Of a DNA stretch of 64,000 nt, positions 9,345-19,806 are shown piece by piece. How positions within the stretch are numbered: position 1 is the first letter of the stretch; every line of letters begins with the position of its first letter. This stretch comes from Candidatus Dojkabacteria bacterium (GTDB taxonomy: Bacteria > Patescibacteriota > Dojkabacteria > SC72 > JAFGCJ01), in NCBI GenBank assembly GCA_016932785.1, contig JAFGCJ010000002.1, positions 273,777 to 337,776 on the forward strand, given 5' to 3'. The position numbers were made by a program, and so were the translations under genes. The notes below the pieces were generated by a model that saw only the letters and a list, made by a program, of their open reading frames with translations, was not told the DNA's origin and made no database searches.

Positions 9345-10865
9345 GTGGCAGAATATGTAATCGCACAACAGATAGATATTCGACCTGAAGCCCCTGTCTT
9401 TGTTATTGCAACAGAAACTCAACCCCTAGAAAGGCCAACTCTTCAAGAAAATCTCGAACAACTTCCCGAGACAGTACGGATAGAATTTTTCAGACAATTA
9501 AGAGAACTTGAAATTGGTCCTCAATGTCATGGTAATTGTCCATTTTGTTGCTGTGAAGACACCCCATATCCTGCAAGTTCACCCATTGCAGCCGAATATC
9601 TTCGCTTCCATGAAATAGATACAGCAATAAGAGAATTGGCCACTATAGATCATGAAACGGGAATATATCTTCCAAGCTTCTTTCTTGGAAGTGATGTACT
9701 GGAGTGGAAAGACCGCCAGTTAACATATCTCGACATACTAAAACTAATACACGATATATACGGACCTGAAGCACTGGCTTATAAATACATATCGACAAGA
9801 GTCCCCGAAGGAACGGAATATCTTGTGGGAGATATTCTTAGGCTGTGTGACGGTCTTCTTAGTTCTCTACGCAACAAAGGGTATGATTATCCCGCATTTA
9901 AATTTGCTATCTCACTCACAAACCACAATGCTGTAAGAATAGCAGGAATAGTTGATTCCCTGCTTTCTGAAGGCATCATCGGCCGAGATGGAATAACTCC
10001 TTCAGGATCCACAGCATTGATACTGAGAAATAGAAGACTTGCCACAAAATCTGACGATGGACTTTCCTCTGTCGCGCCTGAAATAATCGGTGTTATGGGA
10101 GGCCTGCTTGAACCACTAGACGAGCCTCTGATAGGAGGTTCCACGGAAATTCTTAGATTCCCCAATGCCACATTGAGCCTTGATCAGTTTGATCAAGAAG
10201 GGAGACTGGCAGGTCGAAGAATACGAAAAGTTAAGGACGATCGATTCTTCAAACTTACCGGTATTGCCGGAATAGCTGGATCACCTGTAGTAGGATCTGC
10301 CGTACTTCACGACGCCACAATCTGCAATATTATCGAAATGAGCCCTCTGACAAGACAAAGACGCCACGGAGTAAGAACCTACCCTATAAGATTTACAACA
10401 CCAGACGGAAGTATTTTCTACAGAGTACTGCGACGTAGCTCATTAGGTAACGGCTTAATTCCCCAGGTAACAGTTAGTATCTTCGATGAATCAGGTTCAT
10501 TGATCACTTACGGTCCATCAGGTCCATTTCTAAAGTTTATCCCCGAAGAAAATATACTCATGAAGCTATATCAAATCTATGTGAAATCATTTGCCAAGAA
10601 AACTGATGGAATCAGACACCCATCCCGTCATGAACTCGACTTTATACATAGTGCAATAGCAGAAATCCAGAACCCACACAGACCTATGCTAGCGGACTTT
10701 TACCCTACCCCCAAACGTAAAATGCTAAGACTCATGTCAAGAATTCTAAGTGAGGCGATATATCCCTTAGATCCAGACCATACCTCACCTCCTTTGTTAA
10801 CATCGACAGAACAACGCAACCGTATAGAACTTGAATCCATAGTTACGTCACTTTCAAAGCCCTAG
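9345..10865 (+). CDS. hypothetical protein with radical-SAM-like CxxxCxxC motif
   Basis: ELEIGPQCHGNCPFCCC; TGnTATAAT promoter near 9298-9306. Confidence 0.55.
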   Translation: MAEYVIAQQIDIRPEAPVFVIATETQPLERPTLQENLEQLPETVRIEFFRQLRELEIGPQCHGNCPFCCCEDTPYPASSPIAAEYLRFHEIDTAIRELATIDHETGIYLPSFFLGSDVLEWKDRQLTYLDILKLIHDIYGPEALAYKYISTRVPEGTEYLVGDILRLCDGLLSSLRNKGYDYPAFKFAISLTNHNAVRIAGIVDSLLSEGIIGRDGITPSGSTALILRNRRLATKSDDGLSSVAPEIIGVMGGLLEPLDEPLIGGSTEILRFPNATLSLDQFDQEGRLAGRRIRKVKDDRFFKLTGIAGIAGSPVVGSAVLHDATICNIIEMSPLTRQRRHGVRTYPIRFTTPDGSIFYRVLRRSSLGNGLIPQVTVSIFDESGSLITYGPSGPFLKFIPEENILMKLYQIYVKSFAKKTDGIRHPSRHELDFIHSAIAEIQNPHRPMLADFYPTPKRKMLRLMSRILSEAIYPLDPDHTSPPLLTSTEQRNRIELESIVTSLSKP

Positions 10866-10949
10866 TAAAACACCAGATTCATCAACACTATTTTCAACAT
10901 TCACAGAAACAATGCTACAATGATTGTGCCTAATGGCATCAACCTAAAA

Positions 10950-11702
10950 ATGACACACGAAACACGTCCCAGAACAGTTAAGATAAATGGTCGCCGCTAC
11001 ACCTACCTAACCCTTGGGGAGCAACAACCACTCATTTTTATTCCCGGATGGTGCGATCAATCAGACGACTATCTTGGACTGATCAAAGAACTATCCAAGA
11101 ACTTCAAAGTTTATGTCCCTGATCTCCCCAATTTTGGAAAATCCAGAACAAAGGAAAAATTTTGTTTTGATACATATTCGAAATTTCTTACCGGCTTCAT
11201 TGAAACGCTCAAAATCAAAAACCCTACCATTGTAGGTTTTTCATTCGGTGGGATAATCGCTGTTGATCTTGCCTATAAAACAGATCTGAAATCAGTATTC
11301 TTAATAAACTCACTGGGGGCACCTGATATGAAACCGAAGCTATTTCTTTTTATTTCTATTCTAGCAAATACTATCCTTGAAATCGGGTCTTCACCAGTAC
11401 ATATGACAAAGATACTCTACCACTGGTTCAGAAACTTCCTTTCAAACGTATGGAGGAGAGATTTCCGGAGCTTCCAGAATCAAATTCTATACACAGGCCA
11501 TCCATCCATTTCCAAAGTTGATGAGAAGATTACAGTTATCTGGTCTATCAATGATGTAATCTTCAAACCCGAATATCCCTTCATTTTAAAAAATTCATTT
11601 CAAAATGCCAGGCTAATTCGCCTGCCCGGAGGTCACTTTGACTGCACCCTAAATCCCAAAAAATACGCAAAAATAATTACCAAAAACGGGTCTGAAAACT
11701 GA
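10950..11702 (+). CDS. alpha/beta hydrolase
   Basis: FIPGW, PDLPNFGKS, GFSFGG nucleophile elbow, GGH. Confidence 0.9.
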   Translation: MTHETRPRTVKINGRRYTYLTLGEQQPLIFIPGWCDQSDDYLGLIKELSKNFKVYVPDLPNFGKSRTKEKFCFDTYSKFLTGFIETLKIKNPTIVGFSFGGIIAVDLAYKTDLKSVFLINSLGAPDMKPKLFLFISILANTILEIGSSPVHMTKILYHWFRNFLSNVWRRDFRSFQNQILYTGHPSISKVDEKITVIWSINDVIFKPEYPFILKNSFQNARLIRLPGGHFDCTLNPKKYAKIITKNGSEN

Positions 11703-11792
11703 CACCTTTCGAGAAACTCATTTCCAATTTGTCAGCTAAAATAAAAATCTGTATTATGAAACTAAACCCCTTAACTTTTTATCTCCAAATAA

Positions 11793-12038
11793 ATGGCGGA
11801 TGATAATAATTCATCAAGATCGCAAGCACAGAAAAAAGCGCTTAGATCTTTTCTTTTACATCTTATAATTTTTGTCGTGGTAAATCTCATTATCATGATA
11901 ATTCCGGTATTTTATGACGGAAATTTCGACTTTACGTTCGAGGATAGAGGGCCAATGCTTTATGGATCGATTGGCTGGGGACTAGGATTGGCAATTCATG
12001 GAACGGTAGTCCTGGTTGACAGATTGATGAACAAGTAA
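11793..12038 (+). CDS. 2TM domain protein
   Basis: FLLHLIIFVVVN...GWGLGLAIH. Confidence 0.8.
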   Translation: MADDNNSSRSQAQKKALRSFLLHLIIFVVVNLIIMIIPVFYDGNFDFTFEDRGPMLYGSIGWGLGLAIHGTVVLVDRLMNK

Positions 12039-12080
12039 CGTTCGAACTGTAGATTTTTTAAGTTCACACTGAAAAACGCC

Positions 12081-13099
12081 ACCGAAAGGACGGGCATATC
12101 CGTGGAGCGGATATGAATACCATATTAGGGGGATGGTATTGCGTTTTTATGTCGGAGAGACAGCTTTCAGCTTCATTGATTCTGCAGAGCTGGATACTGC
12201 TCCCTCACTGTTTCTTGCCAGATTCCATAGGAATCGTGTTCCTTGAATCCTATGGGAATCCCGTACTCATCTACTTCAGCCTCTTGAGCAAACTCTCCGA
12301 AGAGCTGAGTCCACTCTTTTTGCACAGAGACCCACATAGCATCCTGTTCTGGTTCTCCGTAACCTTTGAAATACCAGAACATCTGAATCCACTGGGCCTC
12401 TGCTTCCATCTCTGGAAGTTTTTTCTTGAGAGTGGAGATCGCACGATCACCAAACTCTTGAGATCCAATGCCTCCGACCTCCTGCTCCAGATCTGAATAG
12501 ATCTGAGAAATTTGCCGTAGATGGATGTACTCCTGGGTCAAACACGACCAGGAGTTTGGGCTCTCCAAGAGAGCCGGATAGACATTCAAATCGAAGCGGA
12601 GAACTTTATAGCTCCCCACAATAACAATCTCTATGGGGTCGATCTCTACTTGAACTGCTCTCTTAGGCACAGGCTGATATACAACTGTCATCATCTGTGC
12701 TTTCCAGAATCCTTCATCGCCAAGGCTCATGACGCTTTGATGATCCTGATCACGAGCCTGTTGAAGAAATTCCTCTGAGGCCAATGAAGCCAAGCGTGGG
12801 ATATCTTCCCTCTTGGCCGTCTTTTCGAGGAGCTCTAAGAATTGCTCCTTCATTTCGCCCACAGGAACAGATGACGCAACTACCTCCTCAGATGGTACAG
12901 AAGTGTCCGTCGGGCTAAAGACAACAGTCGGCTCGATTGTCACAGTCTCGGGTCTCGATGACCCGGCTGTAACAAACCCAGCCGCGACTAGCAAGATAAC
13001 AACCACGAGTATTCCCAAAACGCGCAAGTTTCTTTTCTTCCTTGTCTTCTTTGACATTTTTATCATTCCCCCAACACAATTTTTTCCCTTCCTTTCGGT
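12081..13099. repeat. 13/14-bp inverted repeat bracketing a gene (cassette B)
   Basis: accgaaaggacggg at 12081-12094 and cccttcctttcggt at 13086-13099. Confidence 0.8.
12173..13066 (-). CDS. orphan membrane-anchored protein
   Basis: Basic N-terminus, TM, PT-rich linker; 297 aa. Confidence 0.7.
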   Translation of the reverse strand: MIKMSKKTRKKRNLRVLGILVVVILLVAAGFVTAGSSRPETVTIEPTVVFSPTDTSVPSEEVVASSVPVGEMKEQFLELLEKTAKREDIPRLASLASEEFLQQARDQDHQSVMSLGDEGFWKAQMMTVVYQPVPKRAVQVEIDPIEIVIVGSYKVLRFDLNVYPALLESPNSWSCLTQEYIHLRQISQIYSDLEQEVGGIGSQEFGDRAISTLKKKLPEMEAEAQWIQMFWYFKGYGEPEQDAMWVSVQKEWTQLFGEFAQEAEVDEYGIPIGFKEHDSYGIWQETVREQYPALQNQ

Positions 13100-13330
13100 T
13101 TTTTAATGAACTTGAGGCCCATAGAGGGCACTCTTCAGTCATATTATAGCCCACAGTCCACAATGAAGTAAAACCCATTAACAAAAGGAAAATCGTCAAG
13201 AACAGACATCAAAATTTTCTACAAATTCTGTTTTCATGATCTCACACCACATCAGTTAGATCACTTTTCCTATAACAATTCGTATGCAATAATGTATAAG
13301 ACCTCGAATATATTTTAATATCAAATCATC

Positions 13331-13819
13331 ATGCCTAAATCCAAAAAGAAATCCTCCTCAAAAACAGAAGACAAAATTGAAAAGAAAATTTCAGAGGCAA
13401 TAACCCGGAATGCTCCCAAAATTCTAGACGCGCTAATACCCACGATTCTTTTTCCCATCGTATACCTGCTTTTAAATAAATACTACAGAGACATAAAACT
13501 ATTTAACGAGAACTTCAGAGATATTCTTCCCCTTATTAATTTCTCCTTCCTCGCGGGTTTCGTGTTAAGCTTCACTCGACTATTTTTCTGGAATGATAAG
13601 TACAAAAGGATAACAACTATCGCAAGTAATCTTATTTTCCTTTACGTCAATTATCATGTCTGGAATATTTTTCCCTTTGATACCTCAGTAATAGGCAATC
13701 CCAAAACATGGGACACGGTGTTCAGGGTTTTAATGGTAATTGTTACCGTAGCATCAATTTTCGGTACTTTTGCAGAACTCGTAAGGCTTATGACCCCGAA
13801 GGAAGAAGAAAAGAAATAG
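13331..13819 (+). CDS. hypothetical membrane protein
   Basis: Four predicted TM segments with a W.IFPFD motif. Confidence 0.7.
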   Translation: MPKSKKKSSSKTEDKIEKKISEAITRNAPKILDALIPTILFPIVYLLLNKYYRDIKLFNENFRDILPLINFSFLAGFVLSFTRLFFWNDKYKRITTIASNLIFLYVNYHVWNIFPFDTSVIGNPKTWDTVFRVLMVIVTVASIFGTFAELVRLMTPKEEEKK

Positions 13820-14190
13820 AGGAGAATAGTACTTACGCAATTTTTTACTCTCCTTAGCCGACAAGCAAGTATCTACACACAAGTGAAAATAAAGCATTAG
13901 TGACCATTATTAATACTCCAAGGGCCAAGGGTATTTTATAAATATCTCCTTTCATATTTCTGCTGTATAAATTTATCATCGGAATTGAACGATTACTCAT
14001 ATAGATACGTGAACCGACCCCAAAAGCAACCAACTCCTCAGTACATACGCCCTCGAACACACCAAAAGTCACCTACTCGTCAAACTCCTGACATTTACGC
14101 TCAACCATTATTGTGGTAACATGCCCAGGGTCATTTTCGGACAAGAATAATGACTTTACACGAAAAACTTGAATTTTTTACTACACAAAC

Positions 14191-17100
14191 TTGACTCTAG
14201 CATTAATATCGTTCGCAATATTCTTCATAATAAGCGCCATTATTCTTGTGACGGCCTATTTCAGTCCAATTCCAAGAAAAATAGGCTTCAGAAATATTAG
14301 GCGACGTTTCGGTAATACTGTTCTTGTTGTTATTGGCTCACTTGTTGGTGCCGCTCTAATTTCTGGATCACTTGTTCTATCGGACTCTCTAGACAAAACG
14401 TTTGTAGATATTGTTCACAGAATGATCGGAGAACAGGATGCAGAGATTACCCTCAGCGAGAAAGCCTACAGCAACAAACCACTACCCTACTTAGCTGAAG
14501 AAGAGACCGAAGAGATAAAGGATATGCTGGATATCGATGAAGTTGATGGAGTTTTCACTTCGCTTGCTATTAGAACCTCGCCACAGAAAATTAACGACGA
14601 GGGAGAACCAGTTATCAACACCTATCAAATACGTATAGACGGAGTTGACATGGAATCTCTAAAGAAGTTTGGGGAGTCCCCGGTCGAATTAGTCGATATC
14701 AAGGACAATGAAGTTCTTATTTCAAAACCTCTTGCCAAGAAACTTGAGCTTTCTGTCGGAGACACAATCCGTGCACCTTATGGTCCGCTTAGTATCGACT
14801 TCAAAGTAAAGAAAATATATGAAGAAAACGGACTTATTGATGGTTGGAGAATAATAACCACCAACAAATATCTAACCTCTCAGCTTGGAATTCCAAAAGA
14901 CTCCTACAATACAATTGTTATTTCCGCTAAAGGTGGAATCGAACCGGAGAACTACGATGGACCAGAATTTGAAAAAACTTTGGAAAAGGCCCTTGAGGAT
15001 TTCGACTCAGATACCTACGAACTCTCAGTTATGGAGTGGAAAAAAGAAGCCCTTGAAGGCTATGGAATGAAAACCTTCGTAATAATGTTTATTGTGCTTA
15101 GCTTTTTCGGAGTATTTTCCGGTATTTTGCTCATAGTTAATCTTTACTCAATGCTTGCCGAAGAACGTAAACGCGAAATGGGGATCCTGAGAGCCATAGC
15201 CCTCACAAGACTTCAACTGACGAAAACATTTATATATGAAGGGTTTCTCTACACTCTTATTTCGTCCGCAATAGGATCAATCCTCGGAGTTGGAATCGGC
15301 TATATATTGGTACACAGTCTCGACCAGATGTTTGCGAAAATGATGTCATTGACAGGAGGAGAAGACCTCTTCAAACTTTCATTCGGCTTCAAATGGCAAA
15401 GTCTCCTTATCGCTTTCAGCGCGGGCTTTCTCTTTACAATTGTAACTGCCATTCTCTCCAGCTACAAAATAAGCAAATTAAGTATTGTAACTGCAATAAA
15501 AGACATCAAAGAAAAAGCAGATCTTCAAATCGGATGCAAATGGATTGCAAAAACATTCGTTTATGGTCTAGGACTATTTTCAAGTCTGCTTTTTACTCTT
15601 TCCTTCTTTGTTATTAGAACATTTATGGATGAAGGAAGAAATCAGGATGGAAATCCGCTTGCCGAAATGACAACCAGCAACTATAACGATACGGTAGATT
15701 TAATACAGGCCCACGTCCTTTATATAGGTATTCAGTTAACACTTGCACTGGGAGTAATGTTCATTAACAGGATCGCAAAGGCGCTATTAAAAAAGGATAT
15801 TGACAGAGTAACAGTAACAATAGCTTCCCTTTCAAACATAGCAATCACAGCATCTATGATAACCCTAGATTCCTTCAGATCAGCTTTTATGCAGGATGCC
15901 GGAACAGCATTATTTTTCATTCTAAGTGTATCTCTGGTGATATCACTTGCCCTAGCTGTTACGTATAACCTGAATATCATTTCGACAATTCTCGGCTACC
16001 CTCTTCGGAGAATAGGCAGTCTCAGATCGGTTGTGAGAATGGCGTTTCGTTATCCAGCTGAAAATATTAAGAGAACGGGAATTACTTTAGTTATGTTTGC
16101 CCTTATAATTTTCTTAATTGCCTATGTAAGCATGGTAAAGGCAACGGTGGATCAAGAGACAAGAAAAATGCTACTTAACACTCTTGGCGGATACGACCTG
16201 ATAATAATTCCCGGTCCTGACACAACAATGCAACAAACAGACCAGATTATCGAAGATCTAGAAGATTTAAAGGATGTTGACAGAGTATCAAAGATGGGAC
16301 AAACCGTTGTTGTTTTACCTCAGTACAAATATAAGGACTTGGAGGAGGCACAGTATTGGGGAGATCCTTCACAAACACCAAGTCATTCGGAGGAAGATAG
16401 TTTCCGCTCCTACTATAGCAGTCTTCCTGAAGATTTCATTAAGAAAGCAAGAATTTCGTTATCTGAACGGGCAAAAGGATATGAAACCGACGAAGAGGTC
16501 TGGGATAAGGTTATTGAAGACAGCTCTAAGATTGTCCTGGGAGATGCATTTGCGGCAACGCAAGGCTTTGGACAACAGCCGAAAATCTCTGTCGGAGACA
16601 AGGTAATTGTTTCCGATCTTTTCGAGCAAAAAGATATTGAGAAGGAAGTTATTGGAATAGTAAAAGCTCAAGAAGGAGGAAGTCCGTCAGCTAGCTTCTC
16701 ACCTTACATTATAACTACCAACAAGCACGTAGAGGAAGAATTCGATGAGAATTATTTAAATCGATATTCTGCAAAAAGTCTTCTAGCCGCTTTTAATGGA
16801 GATAACACTATCGAGAAGACAAATTCTATAAAAAAAGAGCTAATTAGTTACAATATATCAATGATAATGAATATTGATGATATGACAGAAACAGCTATTT
16901 CTTTTATAAATTCAATGATGATACTTCTCCAGGGATTCCTCGCATTCTGCCTGATAGTAGGAACTTCAGGACTTGCAATAATAATAACCAGAGCAGTACA
17001 CGAAAGACGGCAGCAAATAGGAATGATGCGTAGTCTTGGGTTCCAAAGGTGGATGATACTTGCAAGTTTCTTTATTGAGTCAACCTTCATAACAATGCTA

Positions 17101-17316
17101 GGAATAGTGATAGGACTTTCAACAGGGACTATCGGTGCTCTCATCTCCTTCGAAGTAGCATACCAGGATCAACCTGACGTTTCACCGGTATTTCCCATCC
17201 GGGAAATAGCACTAATTTGTCTGTTTGTTTACATAGCATCCATGCTGTTTGCTATCCTTCCTTCAATAAAAGCCGCTCGTTTGAGTCCGGTTGAAGCAAC
17301 TGACTATCCAGAATAA
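14191..17316 (+). CDS. ABC transporter permease, FtsX/MacB-like (duplicated)
   Basis: Two ERxREMGILRAIA / ERRQQIGMMRSLGF motifs; ends AARLSPVEA. Confidence 0.9.
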   Translation: MTLALISFAIFFIISAIILVTAYFSPIPRKIGFRNIRRRFGNTVLVVIGSLVGAALISGSLVLSDSLDKTFVDIVHRMIGEQDAEITLSEKAYSNKPLPYLAEEETEEIKDMLDIDEVDGVFTSLAIRTSPQKINDEGEPVINTYQIRIDGVDMESLKKFGESPVELVDIKDNEVLISKPLAKKLELSVGDTIRAPYGPLSIDFKVKKIYEENGLIDGWRIITTNKYLTSQLGIPKDSYNTIVISAKGGIEPENYDGPEFEKTLEKALEDFDSDTYELSVMEWKKEALEGYGMKTFVIMFIVLSFFGVFSGILLIVNLYSMLAEERKREMGILRAIALTRLQLTKTFIYEGFLYTLISSAIGSILGVGIGYILVHSLDQMFAKMMSLTGGEDLFKLSFGFKWQSLLIAFSAGFLFTIVTAILSSYKISKLSIVTAIKDIKEKADLQIGCKWIAKTFVYGLGLFSSLLFTLSFFVIRTFMDEGRNQDGNPLAEMTTSNYNDTVDLIQAHVLYIGIQLTLALGVMFINRIAKALLKKDIDRVTVTIASLSNIAITASMITLDSFRSAFMQDAGTALFFILSVSLVISLALAVTYNLNIISTILGYPLRRIGSLRSVVRMAFRYPAENIKRTGITLVMFALIIFLIAYVSMVKATVDQETRKMLLNTLGGYDLIIIPGPDTTMQQTDQIIEDLEDLKDVDRVSKMGQTVVVLPQYKYKDLEEAQYWGDPSQTPSHSEEDSFRSYYSSLPEDFIKKARISLSERAKGYETDEEVWDKVIEDSSKIVLGDAFAATQGFGQQPKISVGDKVIVSDLFEQKDIEKEVIGIVKAQEGGSPSASFSPYIITTNKHVEEEFDENYLNRYSAKSLLAAFNGDNTIEKTNSIKKELISYNISMIMNIDDMTETAISFINSMMILLQGFLAFCLIVGTSGLAIIITRAVHERRQQIGMMRSLGFQRWMILASFFIESTFITMLGIVIGLSTGTIGALISFEVAYQDQPDVSPVFPIREIALICLFVYIASMLFAILPSIKAARLSPVEATDYPE

Positions 17317-17342
17317 AAATTATAAATTTAGATTTAATAAAA

Positions 17343-18026
17343 ATGAGTAAAAAAGAGAAAATTGTAGATGCAAAAAACCTCAAAAAAATCTACAACCAAG
17401 GTCATCCCAATGAAGTGCAAGCTCTCAAGGGTATCGACCTTACAGTTGATAAAGGAGAAACAATGACAATAATGGGTCCATCCGGTTCCGGGAAAACTAC
17501 ACTACTCAACTGTATTTCAGGTATCGACGAGGCTACATCCGGTGAGATTTTCGTTGCTGGAAAAGACCTCCAGAAAATGAAAGACGGTGAAAAAACAAGG
17601 TACAGAGCCAAAAATATGGGCTTTATTTTCCAGACCTTCAACCTTATACCTGTACTAACCGCAGTAGAAAATGTCGAAATGCCCCTTCTTGTTACAGGCG
17701 TAAAGGCAAAAGAAGCACGCGAGCGTTCACTAGAGATGCTAAAAATTGTTGGACTTGAGGATCGGGCAGAGCACAAACCATCTGAACTTTCAGGAGGTCA
17801 GGTCCAAAGAGTTACAATCGCCAGATCTCTTGTTCACAGGCCGGCAATAGTCTGGGCTGACGAACCTACAGGAAATCTCGACAGTAAAACAGCTCACAGC
17901 GTCTTCGATTTAATGCTCGAACTCAACGATAAGTACAATGAAACTTTCGTTGTAGTGACCCACGATGAGGAAATTGCAAAGAAAACCCAGCGAATAGTAA
18001 ATATCGACAGCGGTAAACTCGTATAG
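17343..18026 (+). CDS. ABC transporter ATP-binding protein (LolD/MacB-like)
   Basis: GPSGSGKT, LSGGQ, ADEPTGNLD, VTHD. Confidence 0.95.
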   Translation: MSKKEKIVDAKNLKKIYNQGHPNEVQALKGIDLTVDKGETMTIMGPSGSGKTTLLNCISGIDEATSGEIFVAGKDLQKMKDGEKTRYRAKNMGFIFQTFNLIPVLTAVENVEMPLLVTGVKAKEARERSLEMLKIVGLEDRAEHKPSELSGGQVQRVTIARSLVHRPAIVWADEPTGNLDSKTAHSVFDLMLELNDKYNETFVVVTHDEEIAKKTQRIVNIDSGKLV

Positions 18027-18138
18027 CACGATAGTATCTTTACAAATATTTTCCGCAAAAATTTTCTAGAGGTTGTTGACGTAGATTAAACAAAACTACG
18101 ATAATAAACCGAATATAAGAAATGTCTTTACTAACTGG

Positions 18139-18987
18139 ATGAAAATAAACCAAACTAAAGTACATGGACAAACCATAGAATACTACGATCAGGGAATTGG
18201 AGATACTCTACTGATGATTCATGGTCTTCTTAATGCTAAGGAGGGACTAGAACCTTCGGCGGACATACTATCCAAGAATTTCAGGATAATAGTACCTGAC
18301 TTACCCGGTTACGGCGGATCAGACCAATTTCTAGAAGGTGAATCCCACGAGGAATTTGCAGACTTTCTATCAGACTTTATTGAAGAGCTTTCACTATCCC
18401 ACATACACATACTTGGAACGTCGTTTGGAGGCACAATCGCAATAGATTTTGCCTCAAGATATCCTCAAAAAACAAACAAACTAATTCTTCGTGCTCCTCT
18501 CTACGACAGCAACCAGATCCCGAAAATGATTAGCAACGACATTTCAAAATCACTCATAAAAAACATAACCAAACCCGTCATACTTCAGAAACATATTGCC
18601 AGAATCGTCTGCAAAATTTACGCAGATGTTGTAGAGAAAAAGACATCCGACCTCCAAGACCAAAATTCCTCTGAAGTACTCCAGAAAACAACCAACATAT
18701 GGCTTAACAGAATGAATGACGAAAGGGTCAGAGAAATGATGAGAAATATTCTAATAAACCTTTTATACATAGACCTAAGACCGCAGATTAAACAGATCAC
18801 CAATGAGACACTGATTCTCTGGAAAAAAGGTGACCATTTCGTAGGAGAATCGGGAGAAGAGCTGCATAAAATCTTGAAAAACTCGAAGTACCTTGAAATG
18901 CATGGCAAATACCACGCAATGATCAATGACAACATAGATGTACTAACCAGACGCATAACAGATTTTCTTAATGAACAAAACAAGTAA
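18139..18987 (+). CDS. alpha/beta hydrolase
   Basis: IHG, PDLPGYGGS, GTSFGG. Confidence 0.9.
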   Translation: MKINQTKVHGQTIEYYDQGIGDTLLMIHGLLNAKEGLEPSADILSKNFRIIVPDLPGYGGSDQFLEGESHEEFADFLSDFIEELSLSHIHILGTSFGGTIAIDFASRYPQKTNKLILRAPLYDSNQIPKMISNDISKSLIKNITKPVILQKHIARIVCKIYADVVEKKTSDLQDQNSSEVLQKTTNIWLNRMNDERVREMMRNILINLLYIDLRPQIKQITNETLILWKKGDHFVGESGEELHKILKNSKYLEMHGKYHAMINDNIDVLTRRITDFLNEQNK

Positions 18988-19708
18988 CCCCAAAATTTCT
19001 ATTGTTATTCCTGCCTTTAATGAGGAAGGATACATAGACGAGTGCCTCGAGTCTATTCTCAACCAAGACTTCGATCAAGATTATGAGGTAATAGTTGTAA
19101 ACAATACATCTACCGATAATACAGAAAAGATTGTAAGAGAGTATAAAAATGTAATCCTAGTAGAGGAACAAATAAAAGGTATCGCACAGGCAAGACAAAC
19201 GGGCTTTATGGCAGCAAAATCAGATATTATCGTATCAACCGATGCTGATGTAATCGTTCCAAGAACCTGGCTTTCTTCAATATGGAATCTTATGCTAGAC
19301 AACAAAGACGCTGTAGCAATTGGAGGATATTGGATATTATACGGAAACCCAATCTTCGAGTTCATATACAAAAAAGCTGCAGATTTAGATATTCTCACCA
19401 AATTAACCAAGATTTATAGCGGACAACCCCTTTCAACAGCTAATCTTGCAGTGAGAAAGTGGGCCTGGGAAAAAGTCGGCGGTTTTGACACAGAAATAAA
19501 AACAGCCAGTGGTATGGATGACATAGATATAACCCTCAAGCTCTCCAAAATTGGAAGGGTCATTGCTTCAAATGATTTTATCGTAAGGGCATCGGCAAGA
19601 AGGTATATCAAAAAACCATGGACTATACCTTTAAGACTGATAAACGCCTTATCCTTCTCTCTTTTTGGAAGAGGAATCTGGAGAAAGGGCAATTCTGACG
19701 TAAGATAG
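18971..19708 (+). CDS. glycosyltransferase family 2
   Basis: SIVIPAFNEE, TDAD, GGFD. Confidence 0.9.
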   Translation: MNKTSNPKISIVIPAFNEEGYIDECLESILNQDFDQDYEVIVVNNTSTDNTEKIVREYKNVILVEEQIKGIAQARQTGFMAAKSDIIVSTDADVIVPRTWLSSIWNLMLDNKDAVAIGGYWILYGNPIFEFIYKKAADLDILTKLTKIYSGQPLSTANLAVRKWAWEKVGGFDTEIKTASGMDDIDITLKLSKIGRVIASNDFIVRASARRYIKKPWTIPLRLINALSFSLFGRGIWRKGNSDVR

Positions 19709-19806
19709 GTATTTTTGACATCCTCAAGAATTATCAACATACCTGCAAGGCTTAACATGCTATAATGAAACCACCGACATCCGTGATAAATTTTTACTAG
19801 CCCATT

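Noticed and set aside
13854..14072. 72-aa minus-strand ORF
   Set aside because: Weak GTG start, no motif; insufficient support.
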